A program made the position numbers and the translations under genes. A stretch of DNA of 64,000 nucleotides from Myxococcota bacterium (GTDB lineage: Bacteria > Myxococcota_A > SURF-8 > G963663525): assembly GCA_963676915.2 (NCBI GenBank), contig CAXXVK010000057.1:9441-73440 (forward strand), read 5' to 3'. Shown here piece after piece: positions 39,244 to 49,220 of this stretch; the first letter of the stretch is position 1, and each line of letters begins with the position of its first letter. The notes beneath the pieces are model-generated. The model was given only the letters and a program-made list of their open reading frames with translations. It was not told where the DNA came from and did not search any database.

Positions 39244-39590
39244 GATTGCCTCCCTTGGAACTCAAGTCGTAGTTTATGTTTTCGTAACCTTATGAAATCA
39301 CTAGCTAAATTAATTGCTTTCTTTTCGCTTTTTGAAAGATAAGTCGAAGCTTTGGGATGTCAAGGGATGGATTGTTGTACAATATCCTCTTGTGGGTGGT
39401 CTTTGGCTGGGGAAAATGCGGTAACAGCTTGAAAACAAAGCGATGATTTCGCTTCGAAAAAGAGTGGAAATCCAAAGCGGGAGATCATTTGATTGTTGAT
39501 TCCTTTCTTGCACGTCCCGGAACATCGTCCGGGGCCAAAAAGTAGTGGCATGTTCCTGTCGGTCGTGATAGGTACATTTCAACGTCATAC

Positions 39591-40496
39591 ATGGAGAAAG
39601 CGTTGAAACGATTCGTCCATTTTCTGTTTCCGGCCTGCATGGCAGCCGTGGTGCTTTACAGCCTTTTCACGGTCTGTTCCCCCGTGCCCGATCCCGTGTC
39701 GCCGACAACGTGGCAGGCTGTGGAAAAAACCATCGAACCCGAGCGCAAGGACGGCGACTTGATCGTCGTGCATCCGGCCTGGGAAGACGGTGCGTTGGCC
39801 TATTTCAAAAACAACACCCTGTTTTTGGGTAAACCGAATACCCCGAAATACAAAAGCTACCTGCGCATCTGGGTCGTTCTGACCCACCAGTCTCCCTTAC
39901 CGGCGTATCTTTCCGAATTCGTGAAAGTGTTCGACGAGACGGTGCAAGACGCCCGGCTGCTGCGCTTCGAGCATCCCGACGCCGCGAACGTGCTGTTCGA
40001 CTTCTATTCGGAAATCCGGCAAGCCAAAGTCACGTTGAAAAAAGGAAAAATCACGAAGCGCTGCAATGATTTCCAGAACATGCGCTGGGTTTGTCCCGTG
40101 CGTGAATGGAACAATTTCGGACAGCGTCAAATGCATGTCGAGGGGGAGTTGGACGCCTGCCTCTGGATGCACCCCCTCAAAGGATACGTCACGGTGGCCC
40201 GGTACGAAAACGTCCCGCTCGATGGTCACTTGAGCGGCAGCTATGCCCTATCCGACGATGCCGCCAAACTGGTAAACGGAGCACCGGTCAATTTCCGGGT
40301 ACGGCTCGATGGCAAAGTGATGGGGGACTTCCGAACCGAACAGCAATCGGGATGGCGCTATTTCGATATCGATACCACGACGTTTTCGAAGAAAACGGCA
40401 GATATCTCGTTCGAGGTCGAAGCGGCCAACGACGGAATGCGGCATTTCTGCTTCCGCGCCAAAGTGCGAAAAGACAAGCAGAACCGTCCCGAATAA
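39591..40496 (+). CDS. Membrane-anchored hypothetical protein with a C-terminal jelly-roll-like domain
   Basis: N-terminal TM segment; CLWMHP...PVNFRVRLDG...RHFCFRA. Confidence 0.7.
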   Translation: MEKALKRFVHFLFPACMAAVVLYSLFTVCSPVPDPVSPTTWQAVEKTIEPERKDGDLIVVHPAWEDGALAYFKNNTLFLGKPNTPKYKSYLRIWVVLTHQSPLPAYLSEFVKVFDETVQDARLLRFEHPDAANVLFDFYSEIRQAKVTLKKGKITKRCNDFQNMRWVCPVREWNNFGQRQMHVEGELDACLWMHPLKGYVTVARYENVPLDGHLSGSYALSDDAAKLVNGAPVNFRVRLDGKVMGDFRTEQQSGWRYFDIDTTTFSKKTADISFEVEAANDGMRHFCFRAKVRKDKQNRPE

Positions 40497-40567
40497 CGCA
40501 AAACGACGTATCCCTTAGGCAGTATCGTCACCTGCTCTACAGCTAATAGTAAGCCTTCGTTTTTATG

Positions 40568-41886
40568 CACTGCTGTCCGGTTAATAATTGAATAATTCCA
40601 ACTGGTTGCCGACACCTTTTTTGTGACTTGTGTAGTCCGGTGGCATTAGAGCCTGTAAAATAGGCTTCTTCTCGAACAAAGACACGCTCAAAATCTGTAG
40701 AATTGTGTAGAGGCTCAGATCGTCGAGGCCAAGTCGTTTCTTCAGTATTGCCACCAGCACATACACCGAAATCACGATCCAGATTTGCGTTTTGACCGCA
40801 TTCTCGCTGGTTCCGAAGAATGCCTTGATTCGCAAATGTTGTTTGATCCACTTGAAAAACAATTCCACCCGCCAGCGGAGTTTGTAGAGCTTGGCTATAT
40901 CCAGAGCGGCCAAGACAAAATTGTTCGTCAAAAAAACATAGCGCCCGTTTGTTTCCCGATCGACGAATTTCACCACTCGAAGTTTGTCCGGATAATCCTT
41001 TTTCGCGTAAAAGCCCGTCAGCACCACGGTCTGATCGCATCGCAAACCCGTGGCTTTGTCCACTTTTTGCGAATACAGACGACGGTACCTGGTGTTGTGC
41101 TTCGTTCGCGTGATGAAAAACGCTCCCTGCCGGTCCATCGTGAACAGTCGTTCGAAATCCAGATATCCACGATCCATGATGTAGAACGAACCCGCTTCTA
41201 CCGGCAACAGATCCAGCGCGTTTACATCGTGTACGTTGGCGGGAGTGACATGTACCCAGCAGGGAATGTCGCCTCGCAGATCCAACAGCGTGTGGGCTTT
41301 CACACCGCCTTTCGTTCGGCGAAACGTTGCCCATGGAAACAGCGACAGACAAAGATCGATGGTGGTGGAATCGAAAGCGTAGGCGGTTTCTTCCAGTTCC
41401 ACACCGAAGGCGTCTCCGGCATACAGATTCCTCGCCTGACGAATCAAGACCATTGCGAAATCCATCCAGATGCGCCAGTCGCGCCGCTCGTTGGCATCGG
41501 CCAGTGTACTTCGGGAGACTTTGCCGCGAATGCCCATGTGGTACAGCTTGGGCTGCATGGATCGCAGGCAGCATTCGATGTCTCGTAGACTTTCTCGATA
41601 CGCGAGTTGGGCAAACGCCATGCACAGGAATTGGTCCATGCAGGAAAATCGTTTGACGTAACGTTCGCCCCGGTATCGTTTCACACAAGCGGCGAACGAT
41701 TTGTACGGCAGAACCTCCATGACTTGTGAAAAAATGGTACGTCCAGAATTCATCGGCGGCCTCTCGGCAAATACCGAAAGTATGCCACCTGCCGAATTTC
41801 AAATCGTTCCCTTGCAAGTTTCCTCTATTCTTGCGTGATTCCAACAGGTTATCTCATGTCTCAGCAGTTTTTACCGGACAGCAGTG
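40568..41886 (-). mobile_element. Complete IS4-family insertion sequence (1319 bp)
   Basis: Terminal inverted repeats CACTGCTGTCCGGT / ACCGGACAGCAGTG; 9-bp target duplication GTTTTTATG at 40559-40567 and 41887-41895. Confidence 0.95.
40581..41753 (-). CDS. IS4-family transposase (DUF4372-like N-terminus plus DDE)
   Basis: DSTTIDL, DRGY and YKLRWRVELFFKWIKQ (YREK) motifs. Confidence 0.95.
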   Translation of the reverse strand: MNSGRTIFSQVMEVLPYKSFAACVKRYRGERYVKRFSCMDQFLCMAFAQLAYRESLRDIECCLRSMQPKLYHMGIRGKVSRSTLADANERRDWRIWMDFAMVLIRQARNLYAGDAFGVELEETAYAFDSTTIDLCLSLFPWATFRRTKGGVKAHTLLDLRGDIPCWVHVTPANVHDVNALDLLPVEAGSFYIMDRGYLDFERLFTMDRQGAFFITRTKHNTRYRRLYSQKVDKATGLRCDQTVVLTGFYAKKDYPDKLRVVKFVDRETNGRYVFLTNNFVLAALDIAKLYKLRWRVELFFKWIKQHLRIKAFFGTSENAVKTQIWIVISVYVLVAILKKRLGLDDLSLYTILQILSVSLFEKKPILQALMPPDYTSHKKGVGNQLELFNY

Positions 41887-42085
41887 GTTTTTATGGAAAT
41901 TTTATCCATCGATAGTGTGCCATAGTCTCACGGACCGAGTCCGGGAGGCTGTGCAATCCATAGGGAGCACAGCCTTCCTCGCTTTGCGAGGTGGATTATC
42001 GCACACTCGTTCGACGATTTTTCACATTTTCAATGAGTGATGAACTCGCCAACGAACCGGTGTCGCCACTATCCCGTTCAAATGA

Positions 42086-44413
42086 TTATTCCGTGGCTTC
42101 GGTGCTGTCCTCATCGCCTCCGGTGGAGGACTCGCCGCTATCCGCAGAATCGTCCGTTTCGGTTTCGCCTTCGAAGTTCGGCGAAATGGGAGTGAAAGCG
42201 TTGTCCCAGGAACGCAGGCTCGGGTTTTCGATGCGCAGATGATAGATACCCTGTCCGTCGCCGTAGCCGAACCAGATTCCGTCCCGGAAATCCACCTTCA
42301 CAGTGGCTCCGCGAGCCGTTTCGAGATCGATCAGCAGCCCTTCGTCGTCGGAGGCATCGAGAGGCGTTCCCATCGGATCGTGAATCAGCAAGCCGCCTTC
42401 TACGAAGTAAACCAGCCTGCCGGCGGAATCCATATCGAAAGAATACGAAGGCTTTTCAATCTCGTAATTCACCTGTTGATCGTCATCGATGGAGAGGGTC
42501 GAAGCGGTGTCGTAATACAGCAATCCTTCCAGCGTCATCACCCAGAAACCGCCGGGATGATCGGGGTCTTGGCGAATGGTTTTGACTTCCCTCGACTCCT
42601 CCAGAAGCCCCGAGATCCCAACATCGTCGGACGATTCGACCAGCGATCCGCCGCAATCGTAATAATGCAATCCCAGCGCATTGCCGATCAGGCCGTGGCA
42701 GTCATCGAAAAAGGCCATGTCGTTGGACAAAAATCCCGAGGTCTGCGCCCCGAAAAATTCCGTGTCGATTTCATTCCAGGAGTCGTCACCGATGCTATCG
42801 GGTGTTCCCTTGCTGTTGTAGACATCGAAACTGCCGAACGGCAAGCCGCTGATGTACTGGACAGAACTTACCCAGATGTAGTTTTGGGGACCGACTGTCA
42901 TCCCTTCGATCCCGGAAGGCGCTCCGCCACCGTTCCAAAGAATCGGATCGGCTTCGGGAGGTAGATAACCCAGGTTGTACCCACCGAACAGCACGCCCTC
43001 TCCATAATCTTCCATCATCTGGACGGCAAAAGGCACCGCCGAGTCCGCACGACGAATCACGTGATAGGTGAACTCGTAATCGGTCGGTTCGGCGTCGGTT
43101 TCGATACCGATTTCCATCACTCCGCCGGGACCGCCCAAAAAGACTTTTCCGTCCTGCGTGGCAAACCCCGATAGATCGTTGAATGGAACTTGTCCCAAAG
43201 AGCTGTAATCCCTGCGGGTCCATCCTGCGGTTTGCAACGTGTCGTCGAATTCGAGAAAACCGAAATCCATCCGGCTGCTGTACCAGAGTCCTTTTCCCGA
43301 GAGGTAGGCCGCCGATTCGAGGCGGTTGTCCAGCCCGGTGAACCCCTGGTCTTCGAGTTCTTCGAGCACGTTGTCCGTGTCGTCGTCCAGATCGACGATA
43401 TCCAACAGGAAAAGATGGAATCCGTAATCTTCGAAAGCCAGCGCACGACCGGAATCGAGCGGGTACAATCCTTCCAGCTTGATTTCGGCATTGGCGAACG
43501 TTACGAGTTTGTCGTCGGTGGTGTCGCTCAGCGTTCCTTTATGGGCAAGATAAACGGCGGTCTCGTCGTTGATAAACCACACGCCGTCTTCGCCATCGGT
43601 GTCGATGGTTTTGGGCGCGAAATTCAGTGCGGGAAAGCGGTGTTTTTCCACGAAATCGAAACCTTGTCCACCGATAGGAGCCAGCCGAAACGCCTGAATT
43701 TCCGCGTTACCGGAGTCGGTTACCTGGGTCCAGAGCCAGCCGTTGGTGTCGGTGGCGAGAGGATACGGACGACCTGCCAGCAAGGTGCCGGAATCTTTGT
43801 AATCGGCGATACGGATCACGTTCGCGCCATCTTGATCCGTTTCCTTCAGGAGAGCGATCAAACCGCTGCCGGTGGATAAAAACAGCCCGTTGCCGCCCTT
43901 GTTGCAGGTGGCGGCGAGGATTTCCCGGTTGCCTTCCATGTAGGAGGAAACCGGGGCTTCTTCGAAACTGTCGTCCGATCCACTGGTGGAGGTATCGCCC
44001 GTATCGTAAACGAATACCTGGGTTTTGGTACCCATCCAGATCGTGTCCGAGGCATCGATGCACAGCCAGCTCATCGATTTTTCCGGCCAGTTTTCAAGGG
44101 TTTGCGAGTTTTGCAGCACCAGTGCGTCGTCTTCGGTGTCATCCCAGTCCATTCCAGGATTGAAGCCGGTCAATCCGGCACCGGAAACGGCCCATACCGT
44201 GCCGATGGAATCCACGGCAATCGCGGCTTCCTGGGCGTTGTGGTACTGAACCATGTCTGTTTTGTTGTAAACCACGGTCGGTTCGTTTTCCTGGTCGCCG
44301 CCTTCAAGGGAAACTTTTTCATTGCTTTCGCAACCGAAAAAGCCCCACGTGGTCAGGACCGCCAAAAACAGAACGAAAAACGGGATTCGACAGGTTACGC
44401 TCATCAACCTCAC
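42086..44413 (-). CDS. Beta-propeller lipoprotein with recurring GTxxDxxDD loops
   Basis: Lipobox FFG-C; blades IAVDSIGTVW, IDASDTIWMGT, TDTNGWLW, DGEDGVWF, VDFRDGIWFG. Confidence 0.75.
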   Translation of the reverse strand: MRLMSVTCRIPFFVLFLAVLTTWGFFGCESNEKVSLEGGDQENEPTVVYNKTDMVQYHNAQEAAIAVDSIGTVWAVSGAGLTGFNPGMDWDDTEDDALVLQNSQTLENWPEKSMSWLCIDASDTIWMGTKTQVFVYDTGDTSTSGSDDSFEEAPVSSYMEGNREILAATCNKGGNGLFLSTGSGLIALLKETDQDGANVIRIADYKDSGTLLAGRPYPLATDTNGWLWTQVTDSGNAEIQAFRLAPIGGQGFDFVEKHRFPALNFAPKTIDTDGEDGVWFINDETAVYLAHKGTLSDTTDDKLVTFANAEIKLEGLYPLDSGRALAFEDYGFHLFLLDIVDLDDDTDNVLEELEDQGFTGLDNRLESAAYLSGKGLWYSSRMDFGFLEFDDTLQTAGWTRRDYSSLGQVPFNDLSGFATQDGKVFLGGPGGVMEIGIETDAEPTDYEFTYHVIRRADSAVPFAVQMMEDYGEGVLFGGYNLGYLPPEADPILWNGGGAPSGIEGMTVGPQNYIWVSSVQYISGLPFGSFDVYNSKGTPDSIGDDSWNEIDTEFFGAQTSGFLSNDMAFFDDCHGLIGNALGLHYYDCGGSLVESSDDVGISGLLEESREVKTIRQDPDHPGGFWVMTLEGLLYYDTASTLSIDDDQQVNYEIEKPSYSFDMDSAGRLVYFVEGGLLIHDPMGTPLDASDDEGLLIDLETARGATVKVDFRDGIWFGYGDGQGIYHLRIENPSLRSWDNAFTPISPNFEGETETDDSADSGESSTGGDEDSTEATE

Positions 44414-44434
44414 CCTTGTGACTTGACGAAAAAG

Positions 44435-45778
44435 TTATCTTGTCGCGTTTTTGCGACGGAGAATTCCAAACAAGATCAGACTCATAACAGCCAACAACGA
44501 AGCGGCGGCACCGTTTTCGGCCATCTGACATCCCCCGAAACCGTATTCGGGATCGTAGCTTTCGGTCGCGGCGGCACTGCCCGGCAGTTCGTTGTTGTCA
44601 TCCGGGTTATCCGTTCCGGCGTTCGGATCGTCGCTTGCAGCAACGACTTTTTTGGAACTGACCCACTCGAACGTTTCCAGCACGCGGCCATCCGGGGTTT
44701 TTGTAACAGCCGAAATGTTGGGGCCGTTGATGTCGAACACCACGTAATGATTGACCTCTTCGCACATGTGATTGAAGATGCCGTATTCTTCACGAGGTTC
44801 GCATTCGTACAGACCCGCACCGCCACCACCGCTGACGATGAAGTTCAGCCCGTTGGCGGCTTCTCCACGATAGTAGTGGTGGTCGTGACCCGAAAGTATC
44901 GCCGTTACGTTGTAATCTTTGAGCTGGTCGATGACCGCTCGCAGATTGGCATTGCCGTTCCGGCCGGATTTGGCGGTGTACGGACCTTCGTGAATTCCAA
45001 GAAAAATATGAAGGATTTCAGGGTTTTCCGCCGCATCCTGCAACACGGCCATCAGCCATTCCTGCTGGGGAGATCCCACCGCCAGTGAAGCCACCTGGTC
45101 GTCCAGACCAATGAAACGGGTGTTGCCGTAATCCTGGAAATAATAATGTTCGTCGAAATGGTTGTCTTCGTCTCTGGAAAGCTTTGGCAGCGAGAAAAAC
45201 TCTTTGTACATATCGCAGTTGCCGCTGTTGGTGTCGTGGTTGCCGATGATCGGAAGCAGCGGGGTGGTGGCCATCAGTTCTTTTTCGATGTTGAAATGTT
45301 CCTGCCAGCCTTCGGCATCCGTTCCCGTTCGTACGATATCCCCGCTGTTCATGTAGATGTCCGGGGATTCCTTGACCATCGCGTTGACCACTTTTTGATG
45401 GTCCAGATAATTCGAGCGGGAGTCGCCGTAGGCGATGAAGCGGAACGGTTCGCTGGCCGGAATCGCCGTCCAGAACTGAATCGGCTCCGACTCTTCCCCG
45501 TCGCTGGTCACTTTGTAGGTGTAGGCGGTGTTTATCTCCAGGCCATCCAAGCGGACTTCGTGCATAGCTCCTGCGGGTGCTTCGATTTTCTGCGTCAACG
45601 TGTCGTTGATTCCGTATTCGAGAGTTCCGCCGCTATCGGATTCCGTCTCCCAGACGATCGTAACCCCGGTTTTTCCAAGCTGCTGAACATACGGACCTTT
45701 TTTGATCCCGGCGCTGGCCGTGCTCCAAGCCGACATCACAAGTGCAAACGCCACAAAAAACGTTCCCATGCGTTTCAT
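44435..45778 (-). CDS. Purple-acid-phosphatase-like metallophosphoesterase with MYXO-CTERM-like anchor
   Basis: GPYVQ and FN3-like N-domain; GDSR, GDIV, GNHD and GHDH metal motifs; C-terminal GGC-hydrophobic-RRK. Confidence 0.88.
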   Translation of the reverse strand: MKRMGTFFVAFALVMSAWSTASAGIKKGPYVQQLGKTGVTIVWETESDSGGTLEYGINDTLTQKIEAPAGAMHEVRLDGLEINTAYTYKVTSDGEESEPIQFWTAIPASEPFRFIAYGDSRSNYLDHQKVVNAMVKESPDIYMNSGDIVRTGTDAEGWQEHFNIEKELMATTPLLPIIGNHDTNSGNCDMYKEFFSLPKLSRDEDNHFDEHYYFQDYGNTRFIGLDDQVASLAVGSPQQEWLMAVLQDAAENPEILHIFLGIHEGPYTAKSGRNGNANLRAVIDQLKDYNVTAILSGHDHHYYRGEAANGLNFIVSGGGGAGLYECEPREEYGIFNHMCEEVNHYVVFDINGPNISAVTKTPDGRVLETFEWVSSKKVVAASDDPNAGTDNPDDNNELPGSAAATESYDPEYGFGGCQMAENGAAASLLAVMSLILFGILRRKNATR

Positions 45779-45846
45779 GCTTTTTTCTCCTTCGGTGTAC
45801 ATTGCGAATCTTCTTAAATGAAACTTCTACAAACTAACAATAACAT

Positions 45847-47247
45847 CTAAATATGGACTTGCAAAAGGAAAACCACTTCATCATTGGCTACATCTTTCAG
45901 GCGTGAAGCGGAGTATTCTTCCGCTCCTGCCGATTCGAGTTCCTGCTTGTGAGTATAGTTGACCATCAGCCGCATCAGGTTGATGGGCCACCAGCTGAAT
46001 CCTGCCGTAATCCAGCGCCGCGCCTGATTGGCGTTTTGCGGAATGGGTTTGTCCAGGTTGGTGTCGTCCGGATCCCACCACTGGTAACGAACGGCGAATT
46101 CGTATTCCCGTTTGGGGAAAGAATATCCCGCGTACACCTGATATCCCATGGCTCGGGTGGTGGCGTCTTTGTAATTCGCCACTTTGTAATCGATGGCGCG
46201 TTTCTGGTCGTCCATGGTCTGCATGGCCCATTCGCCTCCCAGAAATGCTCCGTAGACATACAACCGGGCATCGGCGCTCATCGCATAGCGGCTGTTTTCG
46301 AGAATCTGCGGCATTTTCTTTTGGTAGAATCCACCGCATCCGGCCTCGATCCGCACTTTTTCGTGAATCCAGTCGATGCTGTTGAACGTGAATCTTCCGG
46401 CGAACACGTTGGTGCCCCAGACTTCTTCCAGCGGTTTGGAAAGACCGGTATAGATGCCGCCTTCCAGGGAAAACGCCTTGTCCAGCGCGTGCAGTTGCAA
46501 ACCGATGCCTGCATGACGTTTCAGTCCGATATGGACCAACTCCTTAAGATAGGACGAACCATAAGGTTTGACGTACTGGGGCCGGTCGTAAAAGTACATC
46601 AGGTGATCGGAGACCAACTCACCGTGCAAAAACGGCACTTTCGACACACCGATACGCAATTTCGCGCCAAACGCCGACGAATAGACCTCGGTTTCGCCGT
46701 AGGTGTCGCTGATTTCGGCTCCACTGGCGAAGTTGGCTTTGGCGGCATAGCGTACGGCCAGTTTCCATTTTTGCGCGAAAGCATACTCGTCAAGCTGTCC
46801 GATGAACCCGAATTGCGCGTCGTACAGCTTGAATCCCGCTTGTCGAAGCACGCGGTTGGTTTTGTCTCGTTCTTCGTTGATCAGACCGGAGCGTAGCAGG
46901 ATATGGGGTTTCATATACTGCCAGATCTTCCCGGAAGAGGTCTGCTCGTCGAAAAATTCGCGAACGCCCAGCCGGTCCGGTCCGCCTACTTCCGATTCGG
47001 TCGAAGCGGTCGCTTCGGTGTTCGGCTCGGCTTCAACCGTTGGATTTTCTTCTGTTTTCTCTTCGTTTTCGATATCCGCCAGAATCTGGTCGATGTTCTC
47101 CGGCGTCACGGCTTCCGACGGCGGTTCCGTGCCATCTGCGGTTTGTTGGGCAAACCCTGTCGGCAGAAACAGCAAAGAAACGAACAAAACGGAAACGCCT
47201 GCAAAAAGGCGCGACATCCACGGCAACCGGTGACTCGTCGCTGTCAT
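45847..47247 (-). CDS. Porin-like outer-membrane beta-barrel (OprO/P-like)
   Basis: Signal peptide; GFKLYDAQFG, RIGVSKVPF, FAVRYQWWDPD, TAGFSWWP, RLMVNY; C-terminal LLQVHI. Confidence 0.7.
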   Translation of the reverse strand: MTATSHRLPWMSRLFAGVSVLFVSLLFLPTGFAQQTADGTEPPSEAVTPENIDQILADIENEEKTEENPTVEAEPNTEATASTESEVGGPDRLGVREFFDEQTSSGKIWQYMKPHILLRSGLINEERDKTNRVLRQAGFKLYDAQFGFIGQLDEYAFAQKWKLAVRYAAKANFASGAEISDTYGETEVYSSAFGAKLRIGVSKVPFLHGELVSDHLMYFYDRPQYVKPYGSSYLKELVHIGLKRHAGIGLQLHALDKAFSLEGGIYTGLSKPLEEVWGTNVFAGRFTFNSIDWIHEKVRIEAGCGGFYQKKMPQILENSRYAMSADARLYVYGAFLGGEWAMQTMDDQKRAIDYKVANYKDATTRAMGYQVYAGYSFPKREYEFAVRYQWWDPDDTNLDKPIPQNANQARRWITAGFSWWPINLMRLMVNYTHKQELESAGAEEYSASRLKDVANDEVVFLLQVHI

Positions 47248-47665
47248 GGTCCCTCTTTCGAATACGAATCAAGGCACGTCGAGAATTTTGGAGTTTAGCA
47301 ACGCAACCTCGCAAAAATCCTCGGGAAGTATGAACTATCCAACGTATAGCCAGAGAGTCACGGAGATGCAAACTTCTTAAGATATTTTTTCGTTAAAATT
47401 TCAACAGGGTCAGTGTTTTGTACAAATATCCAGTCTTTACAATGCCTTGTGAGGTTGTTAAGTGTTTCTATATTTCATAGTTTACACTACGTCACAAAGT
47501 CTTGTCTTTAGGGTCTTTTTGTTCCGGAAATCCGTCACAAAGGGTGGGGAATCGGGAACATTGTGCCGAAACTCCAGCTTGCGATCTGCCAGCCTGTGAA
47601 AACGAAAACCGCCCGAAACCAAGTTCTCGATTCCGGGCGGTGCGAAAGAGGCTTTCCCGTCGATA

Positions 47666-48433
47666 CTATCCTTGCATCAGGAAGAACGTGTAGCCGTAGA
47701 GGTCACCGTAGCGATGAAACAGGTCGAGTTCCTGTCGGTGGTGAGCCACGACGGCCATGGCGTCGGGGTTGTCGGCGTATTTGCGTTCGAACCCTTCGAG
47801 TTGCTTGGATACCGGAAGATAGTAGGCATCCCACCATCCCTCACGTGGCAACGTGAACTCGTCGAGCAGCCGGTATCCGGCTTCGCCAATGACGCGCCGA
47901 CGACCGTCGAGGGAGGCGTCTTCTTCGGGGTCCATCAGGCAGAATTTGCGCAACTCGGCGGGTGGATCGTCCGTAAGCCAGGTCAGTTCGGAGACCACCA
48001 GAAAGCCACCCGGTTTCAACAACCTTCGCCACAGGTCGAGACCTCGCGCAAATCCTATGATGAAAATGGACCCTTCCGCCCAAAGGACATCGAAGGACTG
48101 ATCCTCGAACGGCAATTCGGCCATGTCGGCCACTTGCGTCGAGATTCGATCCGAAAACCCTTCCCGTTCGGCCTGGCGTTTCAGGATCTCCAGAAACGGC
48201 GGGTACAGGTCGGTGGCGACGATCTCGACGGCGCTTTTTCGCGCCAATTCGAGGGTCTGCTTGCCAACGCCGCAACCGATATCCAACAAGCGCTGATCAC
48301 GGCGCAAGGGTGGAAGAAGGTTTAGCGCTTTTTCGGTGCAGACGTCGAGGCCCGGACCTTGTCGTGGTGTGGATTCGTACAGTTCGAGAAAATAAGCCCA
48401 AAAGGAATCTTTGGACATGGAATCGCTGGACAT
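47666..48433 (-). CDS. Class I SAM-dependent methyltransferase
   Basis: PRQGPG, LLDIGCGVG, FDVLWAEGS and LLKPGG motifs. Confidence 0.9.
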   Translation of the reverse strand: MSSDSMSKDSFWAYFLELYESTPRQGPGLDVCTEKALNLLPPLRRDQRLLDIGCGVGKQTLELARKSAVEIVATDLYPPFLEILKRQAEREGFSDRISTQVADMAELPFEDQSFDVLWAEGSIFIIGFARGLDLWRRLLKPGGFLVVSELTWLTDDPPAELRKFCLMDPEEDASLDGRRRVIGEAGYRLLDEFTLPREGWWDAYYLPVSKQLEGFERKYADNPDAMAVVAHHRQELDLFHRYGDLYGYTFFLMQG

Positions 48434-48690
48434 TGGAATACTCCTTGATAACTCGATTCACTACCGGACGGGCAACACAACGCCCTCCGGCAGCAGTGCC
48501 GTTGAAATCGCTCTTCGAGCGAATTCGAATTTTCTAACTAAGCCTTACGAGCAAACAAGGAGCGCAAGCATCAAAACTCTTTTCGTATCCAATGTTTCAA
48601 CATGGCCGCAGAAACCCTCTGCAGCACGTGCGTTTTTATGACGAGTTCTCGGAGAAAAGTCAAGAATTTGTTCAGGTTCCTAACGTCGGG

Positions 48691-48891
48691 GGGTGCATCA
48701 CAAAATAGTGCGACTTTCGTAAAATCCTCTTTTTTCGTAGCGGCGAGGCGTAAGCCCGCCGTTTTTGCCTTTTGAAAGTTGCTTTTACGCCCCCAATCTC
48801 CCTTTTCGGCGGGCTTACGCCTCGCCGCTACAACCAAATGAATGAATGATTCAATATTATTGGGCCAATTCGCACCATTTTGTAGTGCACC
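48691..48891. mobile_element. ~200-bp MITE with imperfect 22-bp TIRs and a flanking direct repeat
   Basis: GGTGCATCACAAAATAGTGCGA versus TCGCACCATTTTGTAGTGCACC; TAACGTCGGG duplicated at 48681-48690 and 48892-48901. Confidence 0.8.
48737..48831. repeat. GTAG REP doublet, family B, nested inside the MITE
   Basis: GTAGCGGCGAGGCGTAAGCCCGCCG and its perfect 25-bp inverse at 48807-48831. Confidence 0.85.
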
Positions 48892-49220
48892 TAACGTCGG
48901 GCTGGAAATCCGACATGAAACGAAGGGGTCCGGGTGAAGGACAATGGTACCCCACTAAAATTCTCTCCCTGACCTACCCACCTCCAAAGGAAATTTCCTA
49001 GTCTTATCAGTATATTATAAAGAGTGGTACCTAAAATACGTATCACCAATTTTCGATACCCCCACGATTTATTAGATAAATCATATTAGCTTGACGCCGC
49101 TGTGAAAAAATGTTAGCGGATCAATGGCCTTGTAAAAGGACTGCGATAACGACCTTGAGCGGGAGGAACCCGCATGTGCCATATTTTTTTCCGAATGAAA
49201 ACATTGGAAGGAGAACAGGA

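Noticed and set aside
47250-47660. Pho box or riboswitch upstream of the porin
   Set aside because: The GTCAC-like words lack consistent 11-bp spacing, and no riboswitch consensus was recognised.
48679-48901. Integron attC site (CCTAAC motifs)
   Set aside because: The motifs are direct repeats, better explained as a target duplication around TIRs; there is no cassette array or integron integrase.
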